NCBI GenBank assembly: GCA_964247055.1
Contig: OZ176052.1
Span: 2,480,001 to 2,544,000, forward strand
Length of the DNA: 64,000 nt
DNA from: Paragordius varius
Lineage: Eukaryota > Animalia > Nematomorpha
Direction of reading: 5' to 3'
Shown here: in pieces, positions 13,755 to 26,943 of the stretch
Position numbering within the stretch: position 1 is the first letter of the stretch
How the letters are laid out: every line of letters starts with the position of its first letter
Position numbers and translations under genes: made by a program
Notes under the pieces: generated by a model
What the model saw: only the letters and a program-made list of their open reading frames with translations
The model's database searches: none
What the model was told of the DNA's origin: nothing

Positions 13755-16700
13755 AACCAAATATGAATTAGATCGAAAAATCGGCCTCATCCACATCTCT
13801 TAATAAGTCTTCAATCCCTGTTCCAGAACCTGAATTTGAGTTCAAAATTTTAAATGATTTGTTAACGCTCTCAACTTGTCAAGATTCTTTCATAGCTCTA
13901 ACACAAATAATAAGTTATTATATTATGCGTGAGGACTTGCAAAAGTACAATGACGAATTCACAAAGGTTTTTATTTTTTTTTATTTCATTAAAATATTAT
14001 ATGTAAATGTTTCTATATAATTTCCTGTATTAATGATTAAATTTAGACATCTATACCAACCAATTCTGAAACCTGTCAAAAGATTCATGAAAAGGATGAA
14101 AAGAAAGATAAAATACCTCAAGGTAGCTTTATTAGACATTTTATATAAATCATAACACTAGATTATTTTATTTTTTTATAATATTGGTCATTTTGATTTA
14201 GTTTATTAATTAACTTATCCATAAAAATGATTTATTTTGGTTGAAACTGAAACATCACTCTTGCTCATTTTAAAGTTTTTACACTTTTTTGGATATTTTT
14301 AGAGAATTTAATAAATCTTATAGTTTTAAAACTGTTGATTTTTCCATATTAATTGATAATAATAATATATTTAAGCAGTAAATCCGTGTTTTATTAATAT
14401 ATTTTAATAAATCCCAAACTATAAATTTTTACATTTGCTGTTTTTTATCTTGAAACATATATATTATTTTTAATATTTAATGATAGTTATAAAGAATCAT
14501 CACATATCAGATCTTATGGCTGATGCCATGCTAGAGGATAACAATGATGTTGATGATGAATATAATCATTTTTTAAATCAAAACAATGAAAATTTTACGG
14601 GTAATAAACAGGAAGACGTTAAAAACAGCTCTGTCAACTCTAATCCTTTTGCAACAAATATGAATGATCTTCAAAATAGCCCCAAATATGTTAAACCAAA
14701 TCATAAAAATACTAATAAAATAATTAATTCCAAGAAAAGTGGTGGGAATAAGAATAATAGCAAAACAAAAATTTGCCTAAGTGAATTAAAACATCATTTG
14801 ACTGCAACGACCCCTAATAATTATCCAATCAATAATACTACTAAGACTTCACCAATAGGATTGTATCCTTCTTCCACTTATCATACGCCTTTGGGTGAAT
14901 GTAACTCGTATCTTAATGAGAATCCTGTATTATCTAAAGACTCTATCATACAACCCGAAGATTTATTAGGTTCAATTTTTATTTTTAAAAATTTTTATGT
15001 TTAAATAATGTCTCGATTTAAGGTTGGGTGTGACCTACCGGTTATAAATATGAACAGTCAAAGATTTGTTAACATATTACATGTTCAAAAACAATTATCA
15101 TATAATAGTATAATTGATGATGAAAAAAATACCTGATATTGTTAAATAATATATTTCTCTTTAATACCAAAAATAAATATTTAACTGATTCCTATTAAAA
15201 AAATTAAATGCGTACAAATATAAAAAATATATATTTGTACGCATTTCAGCTTAATTTTTTTAATAAATTTCATAAATACAATGCGTAATTCTCTCAACTT
15301 TAATATTAACTGATTCCGTTTTGTTTATATAACATATATTTCCATTTTAAATGATAATGAGGCTGGTTATGACCGTAAATATATATATAAGCGTTTAAAA
15401 TGATTAATTTTTTGACCGGTCAAAAGCTCAATCCTACTTGAGTATATCAATTGCTATTAAAAATTTTTTAGATAACAATTTTTTATGCGGTAATTCTATA
15501 GATTTATCATTTGAAGAACCCATTGATATGAATATTTATGCAAATAATTCATCAATTACAACACATGCAGCACAAAATTCCCAAAGTTTACCTGTAGGAT
15601 TTACTGCATCGCTAAGTACTTCAACGCGTTATAATCCCAAACGAGATGAATTAACTTGGTTAAATAATGAACATATGAATAATGACAACATTAATAAAGC
15701 GAATAATGATAAACACAAAAAAGGACATAAACCACATACATCGTTTACCTATAAAATTAAGGAAGAACTTTCTGGTTATGCCTATAACAATATTAAAAAG
15801 TATGGCGTTATTTTACCATTTTATAATAAGAATTTTTAATTTTAAATATAAAAGATATTAAAACTATATATACCTTTATTGCCACAATGTATATTTTTTC
15901 TATTTTATCATATAAAACTCTTTTATTAATTAGATATTATTCGCAAAGCAAAAAATTTGCTGCAAACACTAGGAACGATCATAATAATAGAAAATCTTTG
16001 CGAGAAAACAAATCGCACCATAGTAACCAGGAAGAATTGGATGATTCTAATAATACATCCTCCAATTTTGTAATATTGCCAAATGACTTTAATTCCTCGT
16101 TAACTGAGGTATTTTTGAACATTCGAATAAACTTTTTTAACTCTCTACACATTGAACAAGCACAATGTTTTCATTCGGGTTAATTAGTAAAAACCGTCGT
16201 AAAAAAATAAATACAGCCTTTTATCACTTATTTAAATAAAATTTATTTTTGGCTATAAATTACTATCATTAGAAACGCACTTAAGATTATCTATGAAATA
16301 TAAACTTGGTGTTTATATATATCACATATAGCACGTTATAGCTAAACCTGAACTCCGTATCATAAGCCATTTAGCATTGTCGGAATCGAAGGAGGATGAT
16401 AACCATTCCTCCTTCATAATCGACAATTATTTAGCGAGACCCGCATTTGAACGATACGATTATTTGGCCCCATTGGCAAACTATCCACGGTTGGTTGAAA
16501 AATATCAACTTTCAGACATCTCCATACGATGGGAAATATATGATGGTTCCGATTTTGTCCCTGCTCATAGTATTTTTCAATAAAATTTTATTATTTTTTC
16601 TTTACCACATTGAATAGATTTAATATAATATATTTAATCACCAATCATTCGAATTTTGTTTTGTTAAAAACACATGGTTTTTAAATCTTTTCAAATTTCC

Positions 16701-19700
16701 AGAAATATCACAAATTATCATTAATCAGCCTAAAAATTATAAAAATTTGTATGTCAGATTATTTTTTATTTATGTAGGGACGCAATAGTATAGCATAATA
16801 TAATCAAAAAAAAATTTACATAAAAAATAACCTACTAAAAATAGTCCACTCGTAAAGGGGTTAGTCCATACATAAGCCTATTTTTAACTATTAACAAAAT
16901 TTTAATGGTATATTAAAATTTTTTTTCATAATTGAATATTTTTAGACGAAGTTATTTCACAACCCCATGCTCATAATGTTGGCCGTAACACGGATGTCTT
17001 AATGGAAATACATATAAACAAGGTAACATAATTTATCGAGATACTAATTTTTTTACATAATTCTCCAATTATTTTTGAACATACTTATATTTTTATATAA
17101 TTATTACAATATGAAAATTACTCTTAGTTTTAAGATGTATTTTTGAGAATACCTTTAAGTAAAATTTATTTTAATTAATAACGTTATATATTTTGTATTT
17201 AGCTTAAATATCTGTACGAATCTTATCCTCGGGATTGTGCTCAAGTCAGTCGTCATGTCCTAACTTGTCAAGATTTTCAAATGTTGGATAAACTAATTTC
17301 ATCACATTACAATAAATTTCTTTATCTATATGTTTCCGAAACTTACCCCAAAAAAACAAATGTGCCCATGGTTATTTTTTGATATCATAAATTTATTTTA
17401 TATTCAACTTAAAATAATTCACTTTTTCGGTACACCCACTATTCATAAATTTAATGTCATTTCATTTTTATATATTGACACTTCTTTTCACATTTATGGA
17501 ATCTTGTTTTCTAAGCTAGATAAAAATTCTATACTCCTTATTTGGGTTTTTTTTTAATTCAAAACCTGCGATATTTAATTTTCCAATCGCATCCAAAAAT
17601 CGCGGCATCTGTGCCGCCTTAAAACACGATAATTTGACGATAGGACTTTTTTACCACATAATTTATTTAGATGTGACAAATTTTTCCTTATTTTACATTT
17701 AACTAAAAACGTGCCATATATGTTAAATATTTTGTTCCTGTAATTAATTCGAAACATCTAAATTTTTATCAATAGTTCATGTTAAGAGTAGTATTGCGTA
17801 GATCATTTTGTGTAAGTGAGAAAAAAACTAAGTATGAATGGGTTTGGATAGTAAAAATGGGTGAATTGATACAAAAGCAATTTATCACAAATAATAAACA
17901 AATATTATTATCAAATTTTAGATATATTATTGTATATAATTGGCCTTTTTCCCATTAATCTTATTTATTTGCGTAATTAATAAATTTTAGTTGGTGGTCA
18001 GAGCACTTACTACAAGACCAGATCATACTGCACCTGAACAGAAAGAATGCTCATTGCGAGTTGCACTTCAGCCACTTAGACTCAATATTGACCAGGTTTT
18101 TATTATTGGCTAAAACATTTTTTCTATTTTCAAATCAACTAATTATACCATTTCAAATTTCTATCGTCATACCTTTTCTATGATTTTTATGTTTTAAAAA
18201 AGTATTTTTCTTATTTTCAAATTTTATTATATTATTGATTGGTACAATTAAAACATTTTTGGAGTCTATCCTTGCAAAGTATTCTTTTAAATTTTATGCC
18301 GACCAATAAAAGTTGAAATATCTGAATCTAAAAATAATACTTTTTTATGGATTTTTTGTGCTGGCTATTCCGCACTAAAGGAGGTTGTTTAGTGATTATT
18401 ATTAGGTATCCTATATGCAAAATTAATCAGTAAAATGCAATATTTTGGAAAGTTCGAGTTAATTCATGCATACACTCCTTTCCATCTTAATTTGACTTTT
18501 ATTTTTTTAATTCTATATCGTTATCAAAATATTAAGGAAGCATTAATGTTTTTATGCAAATTTTTCGGATCAATCATTACCCAATCCAATGCTACAACGA
18601 ATGATGAAATCTCTGTGCGGAAAGAACAACCATCTTCATTCGTGAATCGTAAAAATTATTTTTTATAAAAAATGTTGAACGATTGTACTTTACCAAACTT
18701 TTATATATAATTTATTATTTTTACCATTTGTGCAAGTGATATTATCAAGAAATGTTTATATATATAACTCTACGAAATATTCTTACTATGTATATATATA
18801 ATGTACCTCAAATAAAATTAGCAAATGAAAAAATGGATCAACCAGCCAGCAGCGATGAACGAAAAAAATCTCAAGACATTGATGAAGATTTATGCCTAGA
18901 ATTGGAATCTAATTTCTCTCCCAAAACAAATTATATTAACCAACATTCTACCAATACTATAATGGTGTCTGATGAAAGTGAAAGTCTTGAAAGTCCAGAT
19001 GATCCGAATTTTGCGACAAACCATAATATGGATGCTGATTATAGGACAAAAAAGGAAGAGCAAATATATTTTAGGTAAGGCAGTTTATTTTTGCGTTGCG
19101 TGCTACATTAAAAATTTAGGGTTAAAAAGAGAGAGAGAGCAATTAATACATAGTCTGTTAAAACAAAATTTTCCGATATTAATTATTAACGAAAATATTT
19201 TTTTAAACTAAATCCATAATTACAAAGCTTTTAATTTTATCCTTTCTATACATATATCTTGCTTGTATTTTTAGACCGGTTATCTTTTCACCCGAAGTTC
19301 CCCTCAAAATTGATTATCGTGGAAAATATATAGATTTTGAACAGGTAGGCATTTATATTTTTAAATCATCTTACTAATTCCATAGATGAATAATATTTAA
19401 TTTGTTTATTTTAAGGGTACTTTCATTGGATTGCTCATGGCATTAGCACAATTGCGATGTTCCGAAATACGCCTAAAACCTTTGGAATGTCATTCAGGGT
19501 ATATATATATATATATATATATATATGTTTTGACACATAACTTTACTCAAACGATAAGTAAAGAGTAGCAAACATAAATTACAAAAGCACCACACTTATT
19601 TTTATTATTATATTTACTATATTTTAATCACTATTCACATTTTAGTATATTGGGTATCGAAAAACTAGTAAACTATATGATGAAAGAATGGTTCAATGAT

Positions 19701-22700
19701 ATACGACAAAATCAGTTGAAAAACTTGCTTGCTGGTTTAGGCCCTATGAATTCATTTGTACAATTAGGTATAAATTTTTAGCAACAACCCAATTTATTTA
19801 GAACAAACTACTCCAAATATTTAATAACTCACATATACAGATTAATCGAAATAAACCTAATAAATAACAATTAAAAAAAATTATCCATATAAACAAATTT
19901 TAAAACTAATACTTATCGTTTCAAATTATGAATTAAATTATAGCATATAAAATGGTATATTTAGTTTCATATTTCACAATTCTAATCATATAGGTTTAGG
20001 AAAAAAACAAGGGGGAAAAAATATGGCTTTACCTATATAAAAATATTTACTTTTGCTATTTTATCTTTACCATTTAAATTTTTTACTTTATAAATAATAG
20101 CCCAAGGTTTCAAAGACCTAGTCTATATGCCCATTAAACAATACAAACGTGATAAGAGAATAATGAAAGGTCTTAAACAGGGTGCCTCATCTTTTACATC
20201 GCATTCGGCAGTTTCGACCATTGAATTGTCACACAAATTGGTGGATTTCCTTAAAGTATAATGACCAGTGTCTTAATTAAATTAATATTGGATTTTATGC
20301 AAACTTTGACTAAAAACCAGCAGTATTTTAAACATTGCATTAAAAAAATAGTTTTACCATATTTTATCGTTTTTGTATTCTAAGTTCTTTCCCCTGGTTA
20401 CAAAATTTATTGTTTTCAGTCTATGAATTTACATCATATTTATAAACACTGTAATTTTAATATTTGTTCTGAATATTTTATACTTAAACCCATAAATATA
20501 CTGTAGCTCAAAAATTTTATTAATCTTAAAAATGCCATATTATCCGGTTAAATTTGTTATTTTATTTGATTGGTACAATCTAGTCCGCGGCTGAAACAAC
20601 GTATTATATGTTATCGCCTGAAGCTCATGAATTATCTGATGCTGCGTATAATGCCAACAATATGATAACTGCCTTAACCCCCTACTATTATTGTTCGAAT
20701 CAGAATTTGGGAAATGTTTACTTGATTAATAATAACAATCAGTATCAACATTATTATACGAGCAACAACAATATGTCTCCAACATTGGATATTGATGTAT
20801 ATAGCTATTTGATACTTACAAATTTTTTGATTCGCGCGCTATAAAACATTTAATGCTGCTAAACTTACTTTTATAGCGCAATATATTTTTAACCTATAAT
20901 ATTCTCTCTCATTTTATTACAGTAAAACTTGAAATTATACGGACAAAACATATATCAAGACAAAAATATTTTCTAAAAGACAACAATTTTTTTAACCTTA
21001 ATTTTTCACATTTAAATTATTTAAAATACACTTGTAAAATATATAATTGATATTACCAATATACAGCTCTACTTCATACTTAATGTATCTTTAAAAAAAT
21101 CAAGATACAAAAAGTATGGTTGTCTTTTAGAAAAAATCAAGATTCAAAAAGTATGGTTGTCTTTTGGAAAAATATCTTGTATTTACGTGTCCGTATAAAT
21201 TCATTTTTTACTGTAATATTAATGTTTCGTTATTTATTTCGCGCGCGCTTTAGTTAAAACCAGACTACAAAGTACGAACTAGGTATAGTTCGACCAGTCT
21301 TTCCCCATTACATGCACACCATCATAGTCAACCAATGGATATCCGTGAGGGTGTATCTTCTGCATTCCAAATAGTCAAAGAGGTTAAATCAAATTTTAGT
21401 AAAAAGATAAAAACATAAGTCTATATAAAAATCTATAAAACCTTGATTATTCAATATATTTTATCGTTTTGTGTTGCAAATTAAGGAATAGAGTGATTGA
21501 TAATACATTCAATATATTTCGCAAACCATTTGATTTACATAAGAAAATTAAGTATAAAAAAATAAAGTCGTTTTACGATTAAATACTCCTTTATTAATGT
21601 TTTATTTTTTATAATTTTACTCTACTTGGAAATTTGAAAATTAAGTTTTAATAGTGGGTAATGAACTATCACTTTTTAAATAAATATATTGAACGATAAT
21701 ACTTTTTATTTTTGCTAACACACCAGGGTTTCAGCCAAACAGCTTTGGATATGATTAAGCGAGCCGCTCAAACCCATGAACGTGGAGAAGGTATAACGGG
21801 TGTAGCGGGAAGTTTATTGAGAGATTTACCACAAGGCGTACTTAGGCCGGCTCTAGCAACTGCCAGGTATATTATAACTTTGATAAGAAAATGTTTTATC
21901 CAATTTGCTAGGTGCAAAATAAATATAACCATATTGCATATACGGCAAAAACCATTATTAATGGTGAATACCAGGAAAAAGCCAAAAAACCAACTTTAAG
22001 TCAATAATATTTCTTTTTGCTACCTATTCTATCTGATAATTAATGAATAACTAGCAATGTATATTTACTCATACTGTATTTTGTGGAATAAAATGTAATT
22101 AATATATTTCGATAGAAATTTTAATTTAATTTAATCTAATTACATTTTCTCTATGAATGTTGATTATAATTCTTCTTATAATGATAAATAAGATAATAAT
22201 ATTAATAATCACTAACTTTTTTTGTTTGTTTGCCGGCCTAATTGTTTCTATGTTTAGTAGTAAAAATTAATTTTTTAATTTTGTCTTTTATATAAGATGC
22301 TAAGCTAACTCTTTCTCTATCAGTTGACTAATTTCCTCTTTAGATATGTGTGTTTTGCATTATTTCCCTAATTGTTTGTTATTTTAATAATACTAATAAA
22401 ACCTTGGCTTTTATATGTAGTTCGCTTAATTATTTGTACTAGTAAAACCCGATTTCAATTATCCACACTAATTGATAAACTTTCTCTTATAGAGCAACGT
22501 CCACATTGTTAGACGGTGTAAGGCACAGTTTTGTCCCAAGTGCGCGACAAGAAAATATGGATACTTGGAAAGATTATTATGGGGGCGGTAAGAATAATAG
22601 TAGAAAACCGCAATCCGCTTCAATGCGTCGCCGAAATCAATTTTATGAACATCAATTTGCTCGTAGAACGAATGGTTCTTCAAACAGTGGAGGAGGACCT

Positions 22701-22730
22701 AAGGATGATTTTAATTTTATATCTTTGTAA
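753..22730 (+). CDS. ATG2: Autophagy-related protein 2 (lipid-transfer protein), about 47 exons; possible extra terminal exon to 23516
   Basis: Spliced N-terminus MPWYFPWSETLVLKAYRYVLNRYFGFYISEKLILNQLDI...NINQFLRDFNIPLELESGFVKNVYFKIPWSSI...FEGVELFAHTLDSILTRIK matches the chorein-N start of ATG2A/B. Further ATG2 blocks appear in order: PSPFTRKKVLYE, RVYNDLLLWIP, KPLYLPFQV, WEIYDGSDF, GRNTDVLMEIHINK, LRVALQPLRLNIDQ, FSPEVPLKIDYRGK, EWFNDIRQNQLKNLLAGLGPMNSFVQL, QGFKDLVYMPIKQYKRDKRIMKGLKQGASSF, QPMDIREG, LLRDLPQGVLRP, ATSTLLDGVRHSFVP. Splice phases were checked by hand for nearly all junctions; a few in low-complexity regions are tentative. Confidence 0.96.
12749..13020. mobile_element. hAT (Charlie/Buster-type) non-autonomous MITE in an ATG2 intron
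   Basis: Ends CAGGGG...CCCTG with GCGGGCCGC subterminal motifs; its left end is the reverse complement of the right end of the element at 54669-54957. Confidence 0.6.
13711..13751. repeat. (AT)n microsatellite; similar tracts near 19499-19526, 28913-28932, 45297-45318, 46699-46727
   Basis: Directly visible dinucleotide runs; all are intronic or intergenic. Confidence 0.95.
20920..21213. mobile_element. TA-flanked MITE with long terminal inverted repeats (Tc1/mariner/pogo-like), copy 1
   Basis: TA|CAGTAAAA...TTTTACTG|TA with ~70 bp imperfect inverted arms and an internal tandem duplication; a second copy lies at 54185-54448. Confidence 0.65.
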
Positions 22731-25700
22731 CAATGTGTTTACAAAAAAGTTTATAACCACAGATTTTTGGCTTCAAAAAAGGTTATTTAGCAACTATATA
22801 TATATTGGCATCAACGATAGTATTCATCCCCTTAATACTTAAATATATGTGACTATGTTACATTATTAGAAAAAATACCTACACACATACATATATACTT
22901 TTTTAAAAGCATAAAAATGTAGCGCCTAAAAGGTATTTTGCTCAATATGACGAAAAATCATATTTTATAAATATTTTATTTTACCATAATTAAATTAAAA
23001 AAATTTATGGAATTAAAAGCGCAATTTCATTTATTTAGTTAGTAGGAATGGGCTTTGACCTATGATGCCCAGGATATTTTTAATGACATTATTAAACCCT
23101 ATTCTCTCTCAATGCTTTTGCATATATTGTGTCTTGTCAATGTTCAAATTTTTATTTATCAGTTATTTTTATTTATTAATTTATTTTCAAAATTATATTT
23201 AAATAGGACATGAAAAATGAAAAAAAAATATTAAAATATTTACTAAACCATGTTATTTGATATTATATTGTTATATATGTGTATGCAAACCAATTCTATC
23301 AAAAATGAATAAATTTAAATTATTATATATAATTATATATTAATTAAGATACCGTGGTGATAATGCTTTAAGCGTTTGGGGTTAAAATTCCGTAATTATA
23401 TATTATCAATCACTCACAGTCCTGAGCAAACTGGAATAAAGCCTTCAGGAGTGTTTGATAAAGGTAGTGACTCTTTTGAAAAAGAGGACAATTACATGCA
23501 TTATTACTCACAATGATAAATAAATTGTCTCCGTATAAACTATAATATATTTATGCTATATTATCTATGATTTTGCTGAATAATATCACTAGTTTTGCAT
23601 GAAATGCTATAATTTTTTATAAATTTTTTAAAACATTTAATAATGCATGCAAATGTTTCAGCATATTTTAACTAAATTTATTATTTTTTGTCGAAATACT
23701 TTTAATATGGATTTTAAATTCATGATGCTACGTTAGGTATTTAAACCTTTTTATCTTGCTAGTATTCTTGCAAAAATATAATAAAATTTCCTTTTTATAA
23801 TTCAAAGTTTCAAATTCATAATCAACTGTTCGACTCTGGGTTTTGCATTTAAATATCTTATATGGCGTTTTACCCCTAATCGGAATTCGCAAGCCCGTTA
23901 TTTTAAAAATTATTTGGTATAAAGTTAATGAACCCCAAAATTTAAAGCTATGTATATAATAATTTGATATTTACAATAAGCAACACCAATCATAATAAAG
24001 TGGCTTTAACATTCTTTTACTCTCAGGCCCTATAGCCAAGACCACAATGAAAATCCTGATAAATTTTTCTATCGGAATTCGTCGAAATATTTTGGGCAAC
24101 ATATGAGTATAAAAAATTTGAGATATTTTTTAAAATAATTTTTATTGTTATTAAATTTGATGTGGATAAAAAAATCATCTATTTTTCCCACAATCGGGAT
24201 CACGATCATAATTAATTAAAAAGGAGTTGCTTTTGACACACAAAAAAATATCCAGACGAAATATACATTATGATAGAAAAATGTATCAGACATGGTGCTA
24301 TTAGTTTTGGGGCTAACAAATGATATTAAGGTTTTTGCATTTTTTTAATAATTGTTTGATATCGGAAAATCGCAAAATTAGCGCAGATTATATCAAATAA
24401 ATTTTTCTGCTATATATAAAACTCAAACCACGGCTCTAAAAGTGCTTTTTGTGGCCCTGATTTTTTATTAAATTTTTTGATGTAATTATTTTTAGTATAA
24501 GCAGCTGCAAATGTGAACGGTCATGAAATGTTTATCGGTATTATATAGGGCACGGCTCTTTTAACATATTTTTTTGCTGCCCTTTAAAAGTTTTGGGTAC
24601 CATTGTCATAAACTATGGGTCGCTTGAAATATAACCTAAGCTAAAACTAGATAATGTTTTTTGATGTCGATTGAATAAAACATTTTTGCATTTACAACCT
24701 AGTATTTATATAACGAACATCTGCTATATATGTCGATTGAATAAAAAAATCTTTTAATACTAAAATGTATTTACTATGTTTGTAAATACTAGGTAGTAGA
24801 TATTTATTTTTTATTCAACCGATCACCTATTTAAAAAGCAGAACAATATTTATATTAAACAAGAAATTTACACTGACCCCTCCCAAAAGTTAATTGTCTG
24901 AAAATAAACGCAATATTTCCTAGATTGCGCGATATTTTTGCCAGAAAAAAATTTTTTTTGAAAGAATCCATATTTTTTTCAATATATTTATGTCAATTTG
25001 TTGAAGCATACTTTATTGTATTTTTAAGAGTAGAAATGGTATAAAACTGTTTAAAGATTTAATAAAAGCACCTTTTCTATATTTGATGCTGCTAAACATT
25101 CTTCTCATATCAGAATTAATTCTGAGGTGATAGGAATGTGTAACATCATCAAGTAATATTGAAAAGATATTCTTATAATATCTTTAAACAGTTTTATCCG
25201 TTTCGAGCATGCTTAAAATACAATGAAAGTACGCTTCAACAAAATTTTGATAAAACCATAATTTTGAAGAAAAGTATATTTTTGAGAAATTTTCATTATG
25301 GTCGCCAAAATCTAGCATATATTAAAAATTGTTTTCGAGCCATCTCGGCAATATTGCATTTATTTTAGAAAACTAACCTATTTTTAAGGGGTCCAAAAAT
25401 AAATGACTTTTGGGGTACATTTAAAATACCTTGTTCGATATAAATATTGTATTGCTGTTTAAATTTAGTTTTTTATAATTTATTAATATTTTATGGAATA
25501 ACAGTACAGCTTTTTCCAAACTTATATAATAAATATGCGATAATTTTGTCAATTGATATCGAGCAATATTTGTAACAATAAATTCTACGGTTAATAAAAA
25601 AGTATAACGGCCAAATTGATTAAAAGGTTAACATATTTGGAACAAATGAAGGTTTAAATGAGGAAGTTTAATCAAAAAATGGGTACCTTATATAGCAAGA

Positions 25701-25932
25701 ACTTTAATAAAAATAAAATTATCCCTAATGCGACAAATATTTGGCCAACTCATACTGATAGCAATTTATTACCAAATATTTTAGTTGCTATAATCCTAAA
25801 ATACGTAAATTATAAGTTAAAATAATATATATGTAATTTATTTACTATAACAACATTTAATTTTTTTAACATAGAATAAAATGTAGTAAATATATTACTT
25901 TTTTAAAATAACTACTATGCAATAATATTAGT

Positions 25933-26943
25933 TTACATATATATGGTATCAGGGTTAGATATTGCTAAAATAGAATCAAATGTATCAAATAAAGAGAGAC
26001 CATTTGTAGCACCTTTGACGCATTCCAAACCAAAATTAATGTTTGCTAAGTTTCCCAAATTAAATTCTCCATAAGGACTATTATCCTTATTAGTATCATC
26101 ATTTAAAGACTCGTTTGGTTCATTATCATTCCATATATCAGATAACATTTCCCTTAATTCGTTCTGTTCAATTGAGGATATGATTGATGTATCATCAACA
26201 CAACCTGTTTCCTGATAATTAATGTTAGGCACGCCGAGGTCTTTAGAAAGACCTTCGGTAAAATTATTATGCGGGGAAAGATCGGATACGTCATTATTAC
26301 CTCCAAAAATATTTTTATAACATCCCATATCAGTAGGGTCCATATCTAAACTGCTTATTTCAAGTTTTGGATATTGAATATCAGGAGGACTGTAACTTAA
26401 TCTTGATAAAGCACTACAACATATCGTGCCATGACCAAACTTCATATCAACAATGCAAGGAAAATCTGGTAGGTGTAAATCTTTAGATCTATATATAATA
26501 ATTTTAAATTTAATAATTGAACAATATATTATTATCAAAATCATGTTCGAGCATACCTGGATTTTCGTTCCGTTAAAACACGCTTTAAAGTTATCGATAA
26601 AATTGAAGAACACACATTTTTATTGAAACACACGTCACCTACTTGCTTATTATGGCAGCTAAAAACTATTTTAAAATCATTCTTTAGTCCGCTTTGTGGA
26701 AATGTTTTAAGAGTTTTATATCTGGTCCCAGTAAACCCTTCAAAATGGTGTCTCCATTTAAGAACATCATTTTTAGTTTTAATTGCTATCCGAATGCGAG
26801 CATCAAAGTGATAGCTCTTGTTAATTTTATGAATCCAACAAATATGGTAATCATAACCTTCTGGCAATAATTTCTAAATATTACGAATAATAAACTTGCA
26901 CAAACAATAAAGCTTGATTGTCGTAGACTCCGCAAATGTTCAT
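25933..26943 (-). CDS. Uncharacterised ~306 aa protein: transposase-type (MULE/SWIM-associated, WRKY-GCM1-like) N-terminal domain followed by an acidic low-complexity tail
   Basis: Exons 26943-26896, 26873-26557, 26488-25933 join in frame (921 nt) across GT-AG introns of 22 and 68 nt. Protein: MNICGVYDNQALLFVQKLLPEGYDYHIC...FDARIRIAIKTKNDVLKWRHHFEGFTGTRYKTLKTFPQSGLKNDFKIVFSCHNKQ...KNVCSSILSITLKR...RSKDLHLPDFPCIVDMKFGHG, then a D/E/N/S-rich tail. The family assignment is from my recollection of the motif pattern, not a search. Exon 1 is less certain than exons 2-3. Confidence 0.72.

Noticed and set aside
15023-15136. Extra ATG2 exon after TTTAAG
   Set aside because: The required phase 1 hits a stop immediately; the acceptor at 15426 restores the frame.
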